From the NCBI GenBank assembly GCA_964517875.1, contig CAZFEU010000001.1, positions 22,831 through 86,830 of the forward strand: 64,000 nucleotides of DNA, given 5' to 3'. Shown in pieces: positions 9,765-20,361 of this stretch; within the stretch, counting starts at the first letter, position 1; every line of letters starts with the position of its first letter. The notes under the pieces were generated by a model that was not told the DNA's origin, searched no databases, and saw only the letters and a program-made list of their open reading frames with translations. This DNA is from an uncultured Muribaculaceae bacterium. GTDB lineage: Bacteria; Bacteroidota; Bacteroidia; Bacteroidales; Muribaculaceae. The translations under genes and the position numbers were made by a program.

Positions 9765-10409
9765 CTATACTTTATTAAGGCTCGGTACGAGAATCATCTC
9801 AACACCGGGCCAATTTTTTGCCAGATATTGGCGGAGATAATCTTGAGTGTCATTAGCTATCACCTTATCATTGTCGAAATAAGTATTATAGAGTAGCGAA
9901 TGCAGACGCAACCCCCTTGTTTGTAATGCTTCGAGAGAGAGTATCGTATGATTGATGGATCCAAGACGACCATTAGTAACGAGAGCAACAGGGATATGCC
10001 TTGTAAGGGGATAGTCAATGGTAAGCATTTCATCGGTCATTGGCACCATTAATCCGCCTGCACCTTCAATCAGCACCACATCATATAGCGATTCAAGGCG
10101 TTTAGTAGCTTCGTCAATCAATGTAATATCCACTTTGGCGCCATCAAGCTTTGCAGCTAAATGAGGTGAGGCGGGGTAGCTGAAAATAATAGGAGCTGAG
10201 GTGTGGTCAAGGTCTACTGGCTGCATTCCTATCCCCATGATGTGCCGATGTACTTCAATATCCTCCGAATACTCATGATTTCCTGTCTGAATAGGCTTTT
10301 CAGTGATTACCGAAAAGCCTTGATCCATGTATCGTTTAGCCAACCACCCGGTTACATAACTTTTGCCCGCATCGGTATCGATGCCCGATATAAATATTGT
10401 CTCGCTCAT
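9765..10409 (-). CDS. bioD: Dethiobiotin synthase
   Basis: N-terminal P-loop ISGIDTDAGKSYVTG, about 214 aa, last gene of the bio operon. Confidence 0.85.
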   Translation of the reverse strand: MSETIFISGIDTDAGKSYVTGWLAKRYMDQGFSVITEKPIQTGNHEYSEDIEVHRHIMGIGMQPVDLDHTSAPIIFSYPASPHLAAKLDGAKVDITLIDEATKRLESLYDVVLIEGAGGLMVPMTDEMLTIDYPLTRHIPVALVTNGRLGSINHTILSLEALQTRGLRLHSLLYNTYFDNDKVIANDTQDYLRQYLAKNWPGVEMILVPSLNKV

Positions 10410-11812
10410 AGTTTGCGATAGATGAAGTAAAGTGGATTAAAAGTTAGTGTAGCGTGTCCATCCACATCAAGTGGATATGATGTTATAGCATTCCGCATGG
10501 AAACTGTTGAGATAGGATTACGACGCAGGGCGTTAACCCCTGACCGACGTAAATGTCGGAATACATGATGAGGGGTGTCGAACCGCTTTGTGAGCAATTC
10601 ATCTTCGCATGTGATAAGCTGAAGCTCGCCTACAGCCGATGACCACAGGGGTGAATCAGCGTCAAAATAATGATGAGTTGGGACTCCTGACATCTTCAAC
10701 TCTCGACACATTTGTGAGCCAAAGGTGCTAAAGGCAAGTATTCCTCCACGGCGAAGTGCTTTAGCGGCATTGTGCAGGAAGTTCTCGGGAGAATGAAACC
10801 ATTGAATTGTTGATGAACTTATTATTAAGTCCAGGCTATCAGGAGCAACCTTGTGAAGCTCGATTTCGGCATCACACTGCTTAAATTTAATGTTTAATTC
10901 TTTTTCGTAACCTATTGTGGTTGGGTTGATAGAGCTTGCGGATATATCCCATAATTCAATTTCAGAAGGATTAACGTCAGCGAGGTATTGACGGGTTAGG
11001 AACCCCGATCCGCAACCAATTTCAAGTATCTTAGCGGGGTTTGTGCTCGGCAATTGGTTGCGTGTAGACAACCACAGATGAGTAGCAATTTCTCTTTGCA
11101 AGTCGGCCTCTTTATCGTAGCTTTCAGCTGCTGATTCAAAACGCTGGGCTACATATTCTTTATCGACAATTGCTTGGTCGATTAAAGCTTGCCAATTGGG
11201 AAAATGCCCCGACTCCATTTCGATATAGGGAATCCTCATATCCGACCAGCAGTCAGCCTGATTCTTAGGTGGAAATATAGCGTCAGACTCACCAATATAC
11301 GCTACTGTCCATGGGAGATGAGGAGTGGATTGACGTGCCCGTTCACGAAGAATGCGCAGCTCTTCGGTCAGTTCTTCGATCGGTCGTTGTGGCATTTTGA
11401 CACTGAAATCATCCCAATCGTGCTTCGAAGCGAACATTCGTCTATAAAACTTGCGGAGATTTCGTTCGTTAAGATTTGCGAGCGTTCCTTCACAAATTTC
11501 TATTGGTATACCAAACTTGTCGTCAACTGGGCGTTCCGTGCCGTTAATGGCCAAAAGTAGTGTTACGTTGTCAGGCTTCCAGTTGCCTAACACACGAGCA
11601 GCCTCCATTACACCAAATGACCAAGCTATCACACACACTTCATAATAATCCTCAGTTGGCAATTGAATGGATTCATCCGAGTAATTCCAAAGGACAAGTA
11701 TATCATACCCGGGGCGAGAGATTCCGCTAAGAGCAGTGGCATCCGCAGCCCATCCCAAGAATATGATAAGAAGGCGCTTATTGTGTGCTTTAGTAATCCA
11801 ATACTGTGTCAT
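10406..11812 (-). CDS. bioC: Fusion of BioG-like pimeloyl-ACP methyl ester esterase (DUF452) and BioC malonyl-ACP O-methyltransferase
   Basis: The N-terminal half has a DUF452-like pattern (LLIIFLGWAADA...VIAWSFGV). The C-terminal half has a SAM-binding motif (ILEIGCGSGFLT). It overlaps both bioF and bioD by 4 nt. Confidence 0.75.
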   Translation of the reverse strand: MTQYWITKAHNKRLLIIFLGWAADATALSGISRPGYDILVLWNYSDESIQLPTEDYYEVCVIAWSFGVMEAARVLGNWKPDNVTLLLAINGTERPVDDKFGIPIEICEGTLANLNERNLRKFYRRMFASKHDWDDFSVKMPQRPIEELTEELRILRERARQSTPHLPWTVAYIGESDAIFPPKNQADCWSDMRIPYIEMESGHFPNWQALIDQAIVDKEYVAQRFESAAESYDKEADLQREIATHLWLSTRNQLPSTNPAKILEIGCGSGFLTRQYLADVNPSEIELWDISASSINPTTIGYEKELNIKFKQCDAEIELHKVAPDSLDLIISSSTIQWFHSPENFLHNAAKALRRGGILAFSTFGSQMCRELKMSGVPTHHYFDADSPLWSSAVGELQLITCEDELLTKRFDTPHHVFRHLRRSGVNALRRNPISTVSMRNAITSYPLDVDGHATLTFNPLYFIYRKL

Positions 11813-12909
11813 AGAGAAGACGCTAATTTGTCAAGATCGCTATGTGAGAGAGCAGAGCTTAAGGAGAATCGAATGCGTTCGGTGCCGGGAGGTACAGTAG
11901 GCACTCGTATCGGTAGTGCTACTATGCCGGATTCTTTTAACTTAGCCGCAAGTGATAAAGCTCTATGCGCATCACCTATTATCAATGGCTGGATATGAGA
12001 TACCGGGGTGTCGCAACCATGATTTACAAGAATGTCATGGAGGTGTATGGCAAGTTCGTGTAGATGCTTACGACGACTATCAGCCTCAAGCATTCGGTCA
12101 ATCATCACAGACGACCAGGCGCAATTGACAGGGGGCAATGAAGTGGAAAAAATAAAGCTTCGTGCTGTGTTAATCAAATAGTGACGTATATCTTCATTTG
12201 TCACACAAAACGCGCCGACTGAGGCTAATGCTTTACCCATAGTGCCAACCATTACATCTACATCGTCCCCGTAAGACTGAGCCAAACCAAGCCCGTGCTT
12301 GCCAAGTACGCCGAAAGCGTGCGCTTCGTCGACCATAAGTAACGCTTGCGGGAAACGACGTTTAAGTTCCACAATCTGCTGCAGTGGGGCCAAATCCCCA
12401 TCCATTGAGTAAACGCTTTCTACGATGATTAATAAGCGCGACGCATTGGCGTTGGCTATAAGCAACTTTTCCAGATGCGTCATATCGTTATGTCGGAATC
12501 GCTCAAAACGAGCACCCGAAAGCTTTATGCCGTCGATAATAGAAGCATGCACTAATTTGTCGGCGATAATTACAGTGTGCTTGTCGGTCAAAGAGCTTAC
12601 GATCCCGGTATTGGCGTGGTAACCTGAGTTGAAAAGCAGGGTAGGGCGCTGGTACAAATCGGCCAGTTTATTTTCAAGTGATCTATACTCCCTTTGATGT
12701 CCGGCCAGCAGGCGTGATGCCGATGAAGTCATGGGGATGAGAAGATCGGCTTGTACCTTCCAAAAAGCCTCGATTGAAGATATATCTGAAGCCAATCCAA
12801 GATAGTCATTGCTCGACAGGTCAATCATTGATTGATCGGCTTCGGTGGGAATAATGCGAAAGTTACCCTGCTGTCGAAGCACTTCGAGTTTATTCCTTAT
12901 TGTATCCAT
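11809..12909 (-). CDS. bioF: 8-amino-7-oxononanoate synthase
   Basis: PLP-dependent class II aminotransferase-like ORF of 366 aa ([18 protein letters not shown] with the lysine), in bio operon context. Confidence 0.85.
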   Translation of the reverse strand: MDTIRNKLEVLRQQGNFRIIPTEADQSMIDLSSNDYLGLASDISSIEAFWKVQADLLIPMTSSASRLLAGHQREYRSLENKLADLYQRPTLLFNSGYHANTGIVSSLTDKHTVIIADKLVHASIIDGIKLSGARFERFRHNDMTHLEKLLIANANASRLLIIVESVYSMDGDLAPLQQIVELKRRFPQALLMVDEAHAFGVLGKHGLGLAQSYGDDVDVMVGTMGKALASVGAFCVTNEDIRHYLINTARSFIFSTSLPPVNCAWSSVMIDRMLEADSRRKHLHELAIHLHDILVNHGCDTPVSHIQPLIIGDAHRALSLAAKLKESGIVALPIRVPTVPPGTERIRFSLSSALSHSDLDKLASSL

Positions 12910-14218
12910 TTACGGGGGAGATAATCTGAAGCATATTATTAACCAGAGTTGTCAGATCTTCATCAGAAATGATGTATGGAGGCATTATGTACACCAGTTT
13001 GCCAAATGGGCGCACCCATATGCCTCGTTCTACACATTGCCGCTGAAAACTCTCGACATCTACAGGCTCTTTCATCTCGATAACGCCGATTGAACCTATA
13101 GAGCGAACTTCCGCTACATTGTCAAAATGTGCTGCAGGTGCAATGAGCTGTGTTATTTTTGCATTGAGATGTTCCAGGCGCATCTTCATATCCTGTGTCT
13201 GGAGCAGTCTGATCGACGCAATGGCAATTGCACATGCGAGCGGATTTCCCATAAAGGTAGGACCATGCATAAGTACACCGGCTTCACCCTTGGATAATGT
13301 AACTGCCACATCCTCGGTAGTAAGCACGGCGCTCATCGTCAGATATCCGGCGGTCAGTCCCTTGCCAATGCACATTATGTCAGGCTCCACACCAGCATGT
13401 TCCCACGCAAACAGTCGTCCTGTGCGCCAAAAGCCGGTTGCTATTTCATCGAAAATGAGCAATAATCCGTATTTATCGCACAGCTTTCGTGCCTCAACAA
13501 GATATTGCGGTGAGTATATCCTCATGCCGCCGGCCCCCTGCACAATCGGCTCGAGAATCAGGGCTGCAAGTGTGTTATGATGCTCTTCAATAATGCGTTT
13601 TAAGGGTTCAATATCAGTTGGATCCCATGGTGCGCCGTAAGGTGTCTGTGGCGCCGGCGCGAAGAAGCGTATAGGGAGAGCTGGGCCAAACGCCCCATGC
13701 ATACCGGTAACCGGGTCGCAAACGCTCATCGCATTCCATGTGTCACCATGGTATCCGGAGCGGATTGTTACGAAATCGGTTTTGTCATGGCGTCCACTCG
13801 TTGCTATGGCATACTGTACAGCTATTTTCATCGCCACCTCCACCGCTACAGACCCTGAGTCGGCATAAAACACATTATGCATCGATGGTGGTGCCATATT
13901 CAGGAGAAGTTTTCCTAATTCGATCGCTGGCTCATGAGTCAACCCGCCAAACATTACATGGCTCATCTGTGACAACTGCTGCGTTGCAGCAGCGTTTATT
14001 ACCGGATGATTATACCCATGTATAACGCACCACCACGACGACATACCGTCAATCAACTCAGTGCCGTCGGCCAGCTTTAGTCTTACGCCATCGGCCGAAA
14101 CCACTTTGAAAGTAGGAAGTGGATCGATAGCAGATGTATAAGGGTGCCATAAGTGCTTGCGGTCCCAAGCGTCGGATATCTTGTCAAAGTCTACTTTTCC
14201 CATTGGTATAAATAGCAT
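12890..14218 (-). CDS. bioA: Adenosylmethionine-8-amino-7-oxononanoate aminotransferase
   Basis: Class III aminotransferase of 442 aa ([31 protein letters not shown]); first gene of the bio operon. Confidence 0.9.
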   Translation of the reverse strand: MLFIPMGKVDFDKISDAWDRKHLWHPYTSAIDPLPTFKVVSADGVRLKLADGTELIDGMSSWWCVIHGYNHPVINAAATQQLSQMSHVMFGGLTHEPAIELGKLLLNMAPPSMHNVFYADSGSVAVEVAMKIAVQYAIATSGRHDKTDFVTIRSGYHGDTWNAMSVCDPVTGMHGAFGPALPIRFFAPAPQTPYGAPWDPTDIEPLKRIIEEHHNTLAALILEPIVQGAGGMRIYSPQYLVEARKLCDKYGLLLIFDEIATGFWRTGRLFAWEHAGVEPDIMCIGKGLTAGYLTMSAVLTTEDVAVTLSKGEAGVLMHGPTFMGNPLACAIAIASIRLLQTQDMKMRLEHLNAKITQLIAPAAHFDNVAEVRSIGSIGVIEMKEPVDVESFQRQCVERGIWVRPFGKLVYIMPPYIISDEDLTTLVNNMLQIISPVNGYNKE

Positions 14219-14276
14219 TGTGAGAATGCGACTACAAAATTAGCAAAATTCACTGATATCATCAGCTATATACACG

Positions 14277-14305
14277 TAAAAAGGGTTGCCGTTGAAGGCA
14301 ACCCT
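14277..14305 (-). terminator. Intrinsic terminator downstream of the DUF308 gene
   Basis: 9-bp stem AGGGTTGCC/GGCAACCCT with a 6-nt loop, followed on the minus strand by TTTTT. Confidence 0.5.
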
Positions 14306-14331
14306 AAAAGTTCAGTTATTTATTTCTGGAT

Positions 14332-14892
14332 TTATTCGTTTCCGCTGTCAACGGGCTTCATATCGTAGGATGACATTGCGATTGTGAATCCCCAATAGAT
14401 AAATGCGAGGGCGGTAAGGAAGCTAACCATCATCATATCCTGTAACCAACCTGCTTCGAGGAAGAAGAATCCAATGAGGATCAACAGGATACCATTGATC
14501 AGATACAACCACCAATAGCGACGTTGACGTGAGCTAACTGAGCCTACAAGCGCTTCAAAGCCCCAAAAGAGGAAAATGAAAGCCAGGAAGTAGGGTAGTA
14601 TAAATTCTGACAAGATTACTGAGCGTACCATAAGGAAGCCGATGAACATATCAATCACGCCTCCCGCAAGCCACCAGCCCCATCCACGCGGACGGTTGAC
14701 GCCTGCCGACACACAAAGTTGAACGATACCGGCGAGGATAAGTAACCAACCGAAAATCTGAGATGCTACAGCATATCCGGCTGCAGGCCAGAACCAGTAG
14801 GCAAACCCTCCTACTACCATCAAAATACCAACGACAAGGACAATCCACCAATACTTTGACTGTCCTAAATAGTTAAATTGTAAGGCTTTCAT
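14332..14892 (-). CDS. HdeD/DUF308-family integral membrane protein
   Basis: 186 aa with about 6 TM helices and repeated W/G-rich helices typical of DUF308. Confidence 0.65.
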   Translation of the reverse strand: MKALQFNYLGQSKYWWIVLVVGILMVVGGFAYWFWPAAGYAVASQIFGWLLILAGIVQLCVSAGVNRPRGWGWWLAGGVIDMFIGFLMVRSVILSEFILPYFLAFIFLFWGFEALVGSVSSRQRRYWWLYLINGILLILIGFFFLEAGWLQDMMMVSFLTALAFIYWGFTIAMSSYDMKPVDSGNE

Positions 14893-15054
14893 AGTTAATA
14901 ATTTTTTAGATTAATTTTTTGTTTAAATTGTTGTTTCGCTTTTGTAATTATAACAATCGTTTATTAATTTTGTTTTTGCTTGTTAAATTAAAATGATAAT
15001 AAAACATATCATAGTTGATGGGTTCAAAAATTTGTGGAATATAGTGGATTTGTT

Positions 15055-15062
15055 TAATTTTG
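15055..15062 (+). promoter_or_regulatory. Candidate -7 promoter element (TAatTTTG) for the polyferredoxin-thyA-folA unit
   Basis: TAnnTTTG match 20 nt upstream of the ATG at 15082, in an AT-rich intergenic region. Confidence 0.3.
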
Positions 15063-15081
15063 TGGTGCAATAGCACACTCA

Positions 15082-15939
15082 ATGGGCCGTATACTCAAAT
15101 ATGCACGTATCATAATATCAGCGATTATTTTGCTGATGGTCACCGCATTGTTGGCCGCACCTACCCCTATTATCATAGATATTGCGCATTGGATAGTTGA
15201 AATACAGCTCTTTACGCTTGCTTTGACATTCTCTGTAGGATGGTTTATGCTATGGATTGCCATCACCCTTGTGTTTGGTCGTATATATTGCTCCACCATA
15301 TGCCCGTTAGGTACGTTGATGGACATATTCTCAAGTTTGCGACGTAGACGTATCTATCGTTTCGTAGCACCCATGGCCAGACTTCGATATCTTATACTCA
15401 CGTTAGCCGTAATTTCGGCTATCCTCGGTATTAGTTGGATATATCAATATCTTGACCCTTATAGCGATTTTGCAATTATAATTGATGCTTTTTCACATCT
15501 TGGTGAGGCATCAGTAATAGGGTTGGTTATCGCGATGGTGCTATTGGCTATTGTAATCGCTGCTGCTTTATGGCGAGGACGTATATTGTGCAATACTCTT
15601 TGTCCTGTGGGCACGACCTTGGGCTCAGTGAGCCGCTACTCGATAATGCATATTGATATCGATACTGACCTCTGCGTCAACTGTCGGCGGTGTGCCGATG
15701 TGTGCAAAGCCCAATGCATCGACCTGAATGACCACGTAGTCGATTCATCGCGGTGCGTCAATTGCTTCAACTGCCTACCCGTATGTCCCAATGACGCAAT
15801 ACATTATACTACTCAACGGAAACAACTGTCAATACCCATGATGCAGGCGCTTTCGACAGGAGCTGCTTCGGCAATGACATCACCCTGCGCATCGGCGAGG
15901 ACAAAAATGAATAATAACAAGAATATCAATCCAAGATGA
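15082..15939 (+). CDS. Membrane-bound 4Fe-4S binding protein (NapH/MauN-like polyferredoxin)
   Basis: Several TM helices with two CxxxCPxG motifs ([18 protein letters not shown]) and two ferredoxin motifs ([23 protein letters not shown]). Confidence 0.7.
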   Translation: MGRILKYARIIISAIILLMVTALLAAPTPIIIDIAHWIVEIQLFTLALTFSVGWFMLWIAITLVFGRIYCSTICPLGTLMDIFSSLRRRRIYRFVAPMARLRYLILTLAVISAILGISWIYQYLDPYSDFAIIIDAFSHLGEASVIGLVIAMVLLAIVIAAALWRGRILCNTLCPVGTTLGSVSRYSIMHIDIDTDLCVNCRRCADVCKAQCIDLNDHVVDSSRCVNCFNCLPVCPNDAIHYTTQRKQLSIPMMQALSTGAASAMTSPCASARTKMNNNKNINPR

Positions 15940-16730
15940 AACAATATCTCGAACTGTTGCAACATATTCTCGACCACGGTACTGAAGTGCCCGACCGTAC
16001 AGGCACAGGCACTCTCTCAACATTCGGATATCAGATGCGTTTTGACTTGAGTAAGGGTTTTCCTTTGCTGACTACTAAGAAATTGCATCTAAAGTCAATA
16101 ATATATGAGCTTCTGTGGTTTCTTGCCGGCGATACTAATGTGAAGTATCTGCAAGACAATGGCGTGAGGATATGGAATGAATGGGCTGATCCCGATGGCG
16201 ATCTTGGTCACATTTATGGATATCAATGGCGTTCGTGGCCCGATTATAATGGGGGGCATATCGATCAGATCACCCAAGCAATAGAAACAATTAAGTCTGA
16301 CCCCCATTGTCGGCGTAATATTGTGAGTGCATGGAATGTGGCCGACCTTAAGAATATGAATCTGCCACCCTGTCACGCATTTTTCCAATTTTACGTTGCC
16401 AATGGCAAATTGAGTCTGCAATTATATCAACGGAGTGCCGATTCATTCCTTGGGGTGCCATTCAACATCGCATCCTATGCATTGCTCACTATGATGGTAG
16501 CCCAAGTTACAGGGCTTGAACCAGGAGAGTTTGTGCACACATTGGGCGACGCTCACCTATATCTTAACCATCTTGATCAAGCACGACTACAGCTTACCCG
16601 AGAGCCGCGACCCCTTCCCCGAATGCTAATTAATAATGACGTGAAGTCAATATTCGATTTCACCTACGATGATTTTAAGCTCGAAGGTTACGACCCACAT
16701 CCACATATAAAAGCCATCGTATCAGTATGA
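15936..16730 (+). CDS. thyA: Thymidylate synthase
   Basis: 264 aa with DRTGTGT, the active-site [12 protein letters not shown] and a C-terminal IAV-like end. Confidence 0.95.
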   Translation: MKQYLELLQHILDHGTEVPDRTGTGTLSTFGYQMRFDLSKGFPLLTTKKLHLKSIIYELLWFLAGDTNVKYLQDNGVRIWNEWADPDGDLGHIYGYQWRSWPDYNGGHIDQITQAIETIKSDPHCRRNIVSAWNVADLKNMNLPPCHAFFQFYVANGKLSLQLYQRSADSFLGVPFNIASYALLTMMVAQVTGLEPGEFVHTLGDAHLYLNHLDQARLQLTREPRPLPRMLINNDVKSIFDFTYDDFKLEGYDPHPHIKAIVSV

Positions 16731-17215
16731 CAATTACAATTATAGCCGCCATCGCCGCCGGCGGAGCAATTGGTCGCAACGGCGACTTGTTGTTTCATAT
16801 CTCCGATGATCTTAAGCGATTCAAGCAACTCACCGTCGGACACACAGTGATTATGGGTCGTAGAACATTTGAATCATTGCCGGGCGGTGCGCTACCACGC
16901 CGACGAAACATTGTAATCACCCGCAACCCGGACTACACAAAGGAAGGTATAGAGACCTATACATCGCTCGATGATGCTCTTGATGCTCTTGATGATACCG
17001 ACGATGTTTACATAATTGGAGGAGGGCAGATTTACAAAGAGGCAATCGATCTCGCCGACCGATTGGAGCTGACACTGATTGACGCGAAGGTTGAGGATGC
17101 TGACACTTTTTTCCCTCGCTTCGATACTTCGGAGTGGGAGTTGGTTTTTCTTTCGCCCGACCACACTGACCCCGTAAGTGGCGTCACTTACCGCTTCGCC
17201 ACTTACGAGTCGTGA
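16727..17215 (+). CDS. folA: Dihydrofolate reductase
   Basis: 162 aa with [25 protein letters not shown] and IIGGGQIY motifs; ATGA overlap with thyA. Confidence 0.9.
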   Translation: MTITIIAAIAAGGAIGRNGDLLFHISDDLKRFKQLTVGHTVIMGRRTFESLPGGALPRRRNIVITRNPDYTKEGIETYTSLDDALDALDDTDDVYIIGGGQIYKEAIDLADRLELTLIDAKVEDADTFFPRFDTSEWELVFLSPDHTDPVSGVTYRFATYES

Positions 17216-17237
17216 GTGTAGTGGAATCACTCACTTA

Positions 17238-19076
17238 TTAATCACGAGGGGTGATTCGGTAAATCGTACCTTCTATTAGCGATAGGTAAACGTCGGAGGT
17301 TGTGGGGTCAAGGTCGATTCCATTAACTTCGGATGATCCCAGTTTAATATTTGTCACATGCTTGCCGTCGGGTGTGACAATTGCGATGTGTCCTCGACGC
17401 GAACCAGCGTAAATGAGTCCATCGCGCTCGGCTACGATACATGGCGCATGTTCATATCCGAATCCAAGGTCGACGGTCCACAGCTCTTTGAAATCGGGAG
17501 CGGTAAGGTCAACAGCAACTAACTCACCATCCATGGTTTTTGCGTAAGCACGCGAACCATCCTGGCTTACTCCGAGCGATTCGCGATATTTGTGGTCTTT
17601 ATTACGCCATATAGTTTTACCGTTGTTTCGATCGATGGCTGTCATATAGCGGTCGGGGGCCACAATTACCACCTTGTCGTCAGTCACAACAGGGACACAG
17701 TTGCCAGGACCAAGCATATTGGCTGATTTACCATTGTTCCACTTCCAACGGAGTGTTCCATCGTTTTTGTTCAGACAATATAAATATGTGTCCCATGCAC
17801 CAAAAATCACATCGTCGCCATCAACCACAGGTGCAGCCTGGCAGTAATTAGCAAGAGAATTATTGCGCCATATCAATTCGCCTGTATTTATGTCGTAGCA
17901 TTCCATTTTTTTGTATCCACCTTGGTAAAGACGACCATCCACTATAAGACCATCGGCTACATAAGGGCCATCGGAACGCACAACAGAATAGGCCGAACCG
18001 GTGCGAGAGTCGATAAAACGTAAAGCATCATCGGCGCTGGGTATTGCTACTATGGTGTCGTATGCTGATGAACGTGAGAATAGTGAAGCTCCGGTGACTC
18101 TTGACCAGATTTCTTGGCCGTTTACCTTGTCAACAGCTTTCACATCGCCAAGCGAAGTGCCGTAATACACTTTGTCAGTGTCAATACCAAGTCGGGTGAA
18201 AATTGATGCACTGTCAGCAACAATGCGACTAATCGCCAGTGTTTTCCCATTCACATTTACAGTGGTATCGCTCAATGTAGTTACGGCCCAAGTCAGGTCG
18301 GGGCGGGGGGTTGATGTGCCGAAGGCTTGAATCCGTTCAGCAGGTTGATTAAGACGTTTCTGGTAGAAAATAACAGAGTCAGAGGTAACATCCATAAGTG
18401 TATAACCATAGTCGCCGTTGCGGCAGTCAAGAGCCCTCACCATCATGCAGGGAATGTCGCCACATTGATAGGGCCGGTTCACATGATAGTGTCCGTTGAC
18501 GTGGACTACAGTGGGGTAACGGTGGAGTATTTCGGCATAAGCCTGATAGTTGTCAAGATCGTCCTGCAAAGGATAATGGTTGAATGACACTACACGCCGC
18601 CCGTCTGTGGCTTTCTCTGCAAGCGTTGCATCCAGCCAGTGAAGATCTTCCTGTTTTATGTGTCCATCTCCCATCTTCATAAATGGCCCACAATTGATAC
18701 CAATAATCACAAGCGAATCGGTAGTAGTAACAAACCGGTCGTTACCCCATATTTCGTTGAAAGTACGGGTAGCTGACTGGCTCCAGTTATTCTCGTGGTT
18801 GCCGGGGAGTACATATAGGGGTTGCTTAATGTTGTCAAGAATAGATTTTATATTATATAACTGTTCATCAGACCCTTCATTGGTCAGGTCACCGTCAAGC
18901 ACAACGATGTCGATGCCAGATGTAGTGTTTATTTCGTTAACAACTTGACGCAATATAGTGTCGTTGGCGTTATGCGGAGTAACATGCACGTCACTAAGCA
19001 CTGCGATGCGGTAAGCAGATGCCGTTGTGGCTAAGAGCGATAGACTGATTAAGGGTAATACCTTACGTAGTTTCAT
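17238..19076 (-). CDS. Secreted calcineurin-like metallophosphoesterase fused to a PQQ-like beta-propeller domain
   Basis: Signal peptide, then phosphoesterase motifs (LSDVHV, DGDLTNEG, PGNHEN, GHYH). The C-terminal ~350 aa carries repeated G.LiW/...YaG beta-propeller-type repeats. Confidence 0.7.
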   Translation of the reverse strand: MKLRKVLPLISLSLLATTASAYRIAVLSDVHVTPHNANDTILRQVVNEINTTSGIDIVVLDGDLTNEGSDEQLYNIKSILDNIKQPLYVLPGNHENNWSQSATRTFNEIWGNDRFVTTTDSLVIIGINCGPFMKMGDGHIKQEDLHWLDATLAEKATDGRRVVSFNHYPLQDDLDNYQAYAEILHRYPTVVHVNGHYHVNRPYQCGDIPCMMVRALDCRNGDYGYTLMDVTSDSVIFYQKRLNQPAERIQAFGTSTPRPDLTWAVTTLSDTTVNVNGKTLAISRIVADSASIFTRLGIDTDKVYYGTSLGDVKAVDKVNGQEIWSRVTGASLFSRSSAYDTIVAIPSADDALRFIDSRTGSAYSVVRSDGPYVADGLIVDGRLYQGGYKKMECYDINTGELIWRNNSLANYCQAAPVVDGDDVIFGAWDTYLYCLNKNDGTLRWKWNNGKSANMLGPGNCVPVVTDDKVVIVAPDRYMTAIDRNNGKTIWRNKDHKYRESLGVSQDGSRAYAKTMDGELVAVDLTAPDFKELWTVDLGFGYEHAPCIVAERDGLIYAGSRRGHIAIVTPDGKHVTNIKLGSSEVNGIDLDPTTSDVYLSLIEGTIYRITPRD

Positions 19077-19310
19077 GATTGGTTATTAAATATGTCTAAA
19101 TAATTGTGATAGCGCGAAGTTACGAAATATTTTGGTCAAAGACGTGGCAATTATGGCCATTATTGCCACTCGCTAACATTAAGGTAAGAATAATTATTAT
19201 CTTTGTTGAGCAGGCACTATATTCACTTTATTTCATAACCAAGTATCATACTGTTTAAGGTGAACAAAAATTTATTTATAAGTGTTAAAACAGAAATTAT
19301 CACATAAAAT

Positions 19311-20351
19311 ATGAACGTTTCAACAAAATTTACAAGTGCATGTTTGATGTCGTTATTGATGACATCTTGCCATAAAGAGAAAGAGGCCACAGTACAGGAG
19401 CCTATAAGAGTGGATATTACAGCTGTAGAGGCTACTGAAGTAACAAAAGGTCGCACATATTCGGGCACTGTTGAGGAGTCGAGTGGCACAGCGGTGAGCT
19501 TTGCCACAGCCGGAACTATCAATACAGTGAATGTAAATGTTGGTGATAGGGTGAATAAAGGGCAGCTTATAGCCACGGTAGATGGATCAAATCTTCAAAA
19601 CGCTTATGCTATCTCACAGGCTACTCTAAACCAAGCCCAGGATACCTACAACAGAATGAAGCAGTTGCATGAAGCCAACGCACTACCCGACATCAAGTGG
19701 GTTGAAGCTCAAAATGCGTTGAAATCGGCGCAAAGTGCTGCTGCCATTGCTCACAAGGGGTTAAGCGACGCCTCATTGTATGCGCCCCAAAGCGGATACG
19801 TGTCCGAGAAGTTTCTGGATGCGGGTATGAATGCCGCCCCTGGCATACCTGTTGTGAAGATTGTAGATATATCTAAAGTTAAGATTTCCATACCGGTGCC
19901 TGAGAATGAAATTTCGGCGGTGAGCGACAATGCCGTTGCTACAATTACTGTAGGAGCCCTCGGTGACAAAAAATTTACTGGACATCTTGTAGAAAAAGGA
20001 GTGTCGGCCAACTCGCTGTCGCGCACCTATAGTGTGAAATTTGAAGTCGACAACACTACAGGCGAGTTGCTCCCCGGTATGGTATGTGATGTAACCATTG
20101 ACAATGCCCAGGCACAGCACGCCTTGACATTGCCAATTGACGCTGTGCTTCTTGATGCCGACAATCAAAATTTTGTGTGGATAGCAAAAAACGGTAAAGC
20201 CCATAAGCAGATTGTGAGAGTCGGTGGTTTTACTTCGTCAACTCAACTCATCATTAACGAAGGTCTTGAGCAAGGTGATTCTGTGATTGTTAGAGGCCAG
20301 CAGAAGGTGAGCAATGGTACTCCGGTTGTAAATATTGACAGCGAAAAGTAG
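19311..20351 (+). CDS. Efflux RND transporter periplasmic adaptor subunit
   Basis: Lipoprotein-like N-terminus (LLMTSC), a coiled-coil hairpin segment and beta-barrel motifs, directly upstream of an RND permease. Confidence 0.85.
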   Translation: MNVSTKFTSACLMSLLMTSCHKEKEATVQEPIRVDITAVEATEVTKGRTYSGTVEESSGTAVSFATAGTINTVNVNVGDRVNKGQLIATVDGSNLQNAYAISQATLNQAQDTYNRMKQLHEANALPDIKWVEAQNALKSAQSAAAIAHKGLSDASLYAPQSGYVSEKFLDAGMNAAPGIPVVKIVDISKVKISIPVPENEISAVSDNAVATITVGALGDKKFTGHLVEKGVSANSLSRTYSVKFEVDNTTGELLPGMVCDVTIDNAQAQHALTLPIDAVLLDADNQNFVWIAKNGKAHKQIVRVGGFTSSTQLIINEGLEQGDSVIVRGQQKVSNGTPVVNIDSEK

Positions 20352-20361
20352 ACACAAGGTT

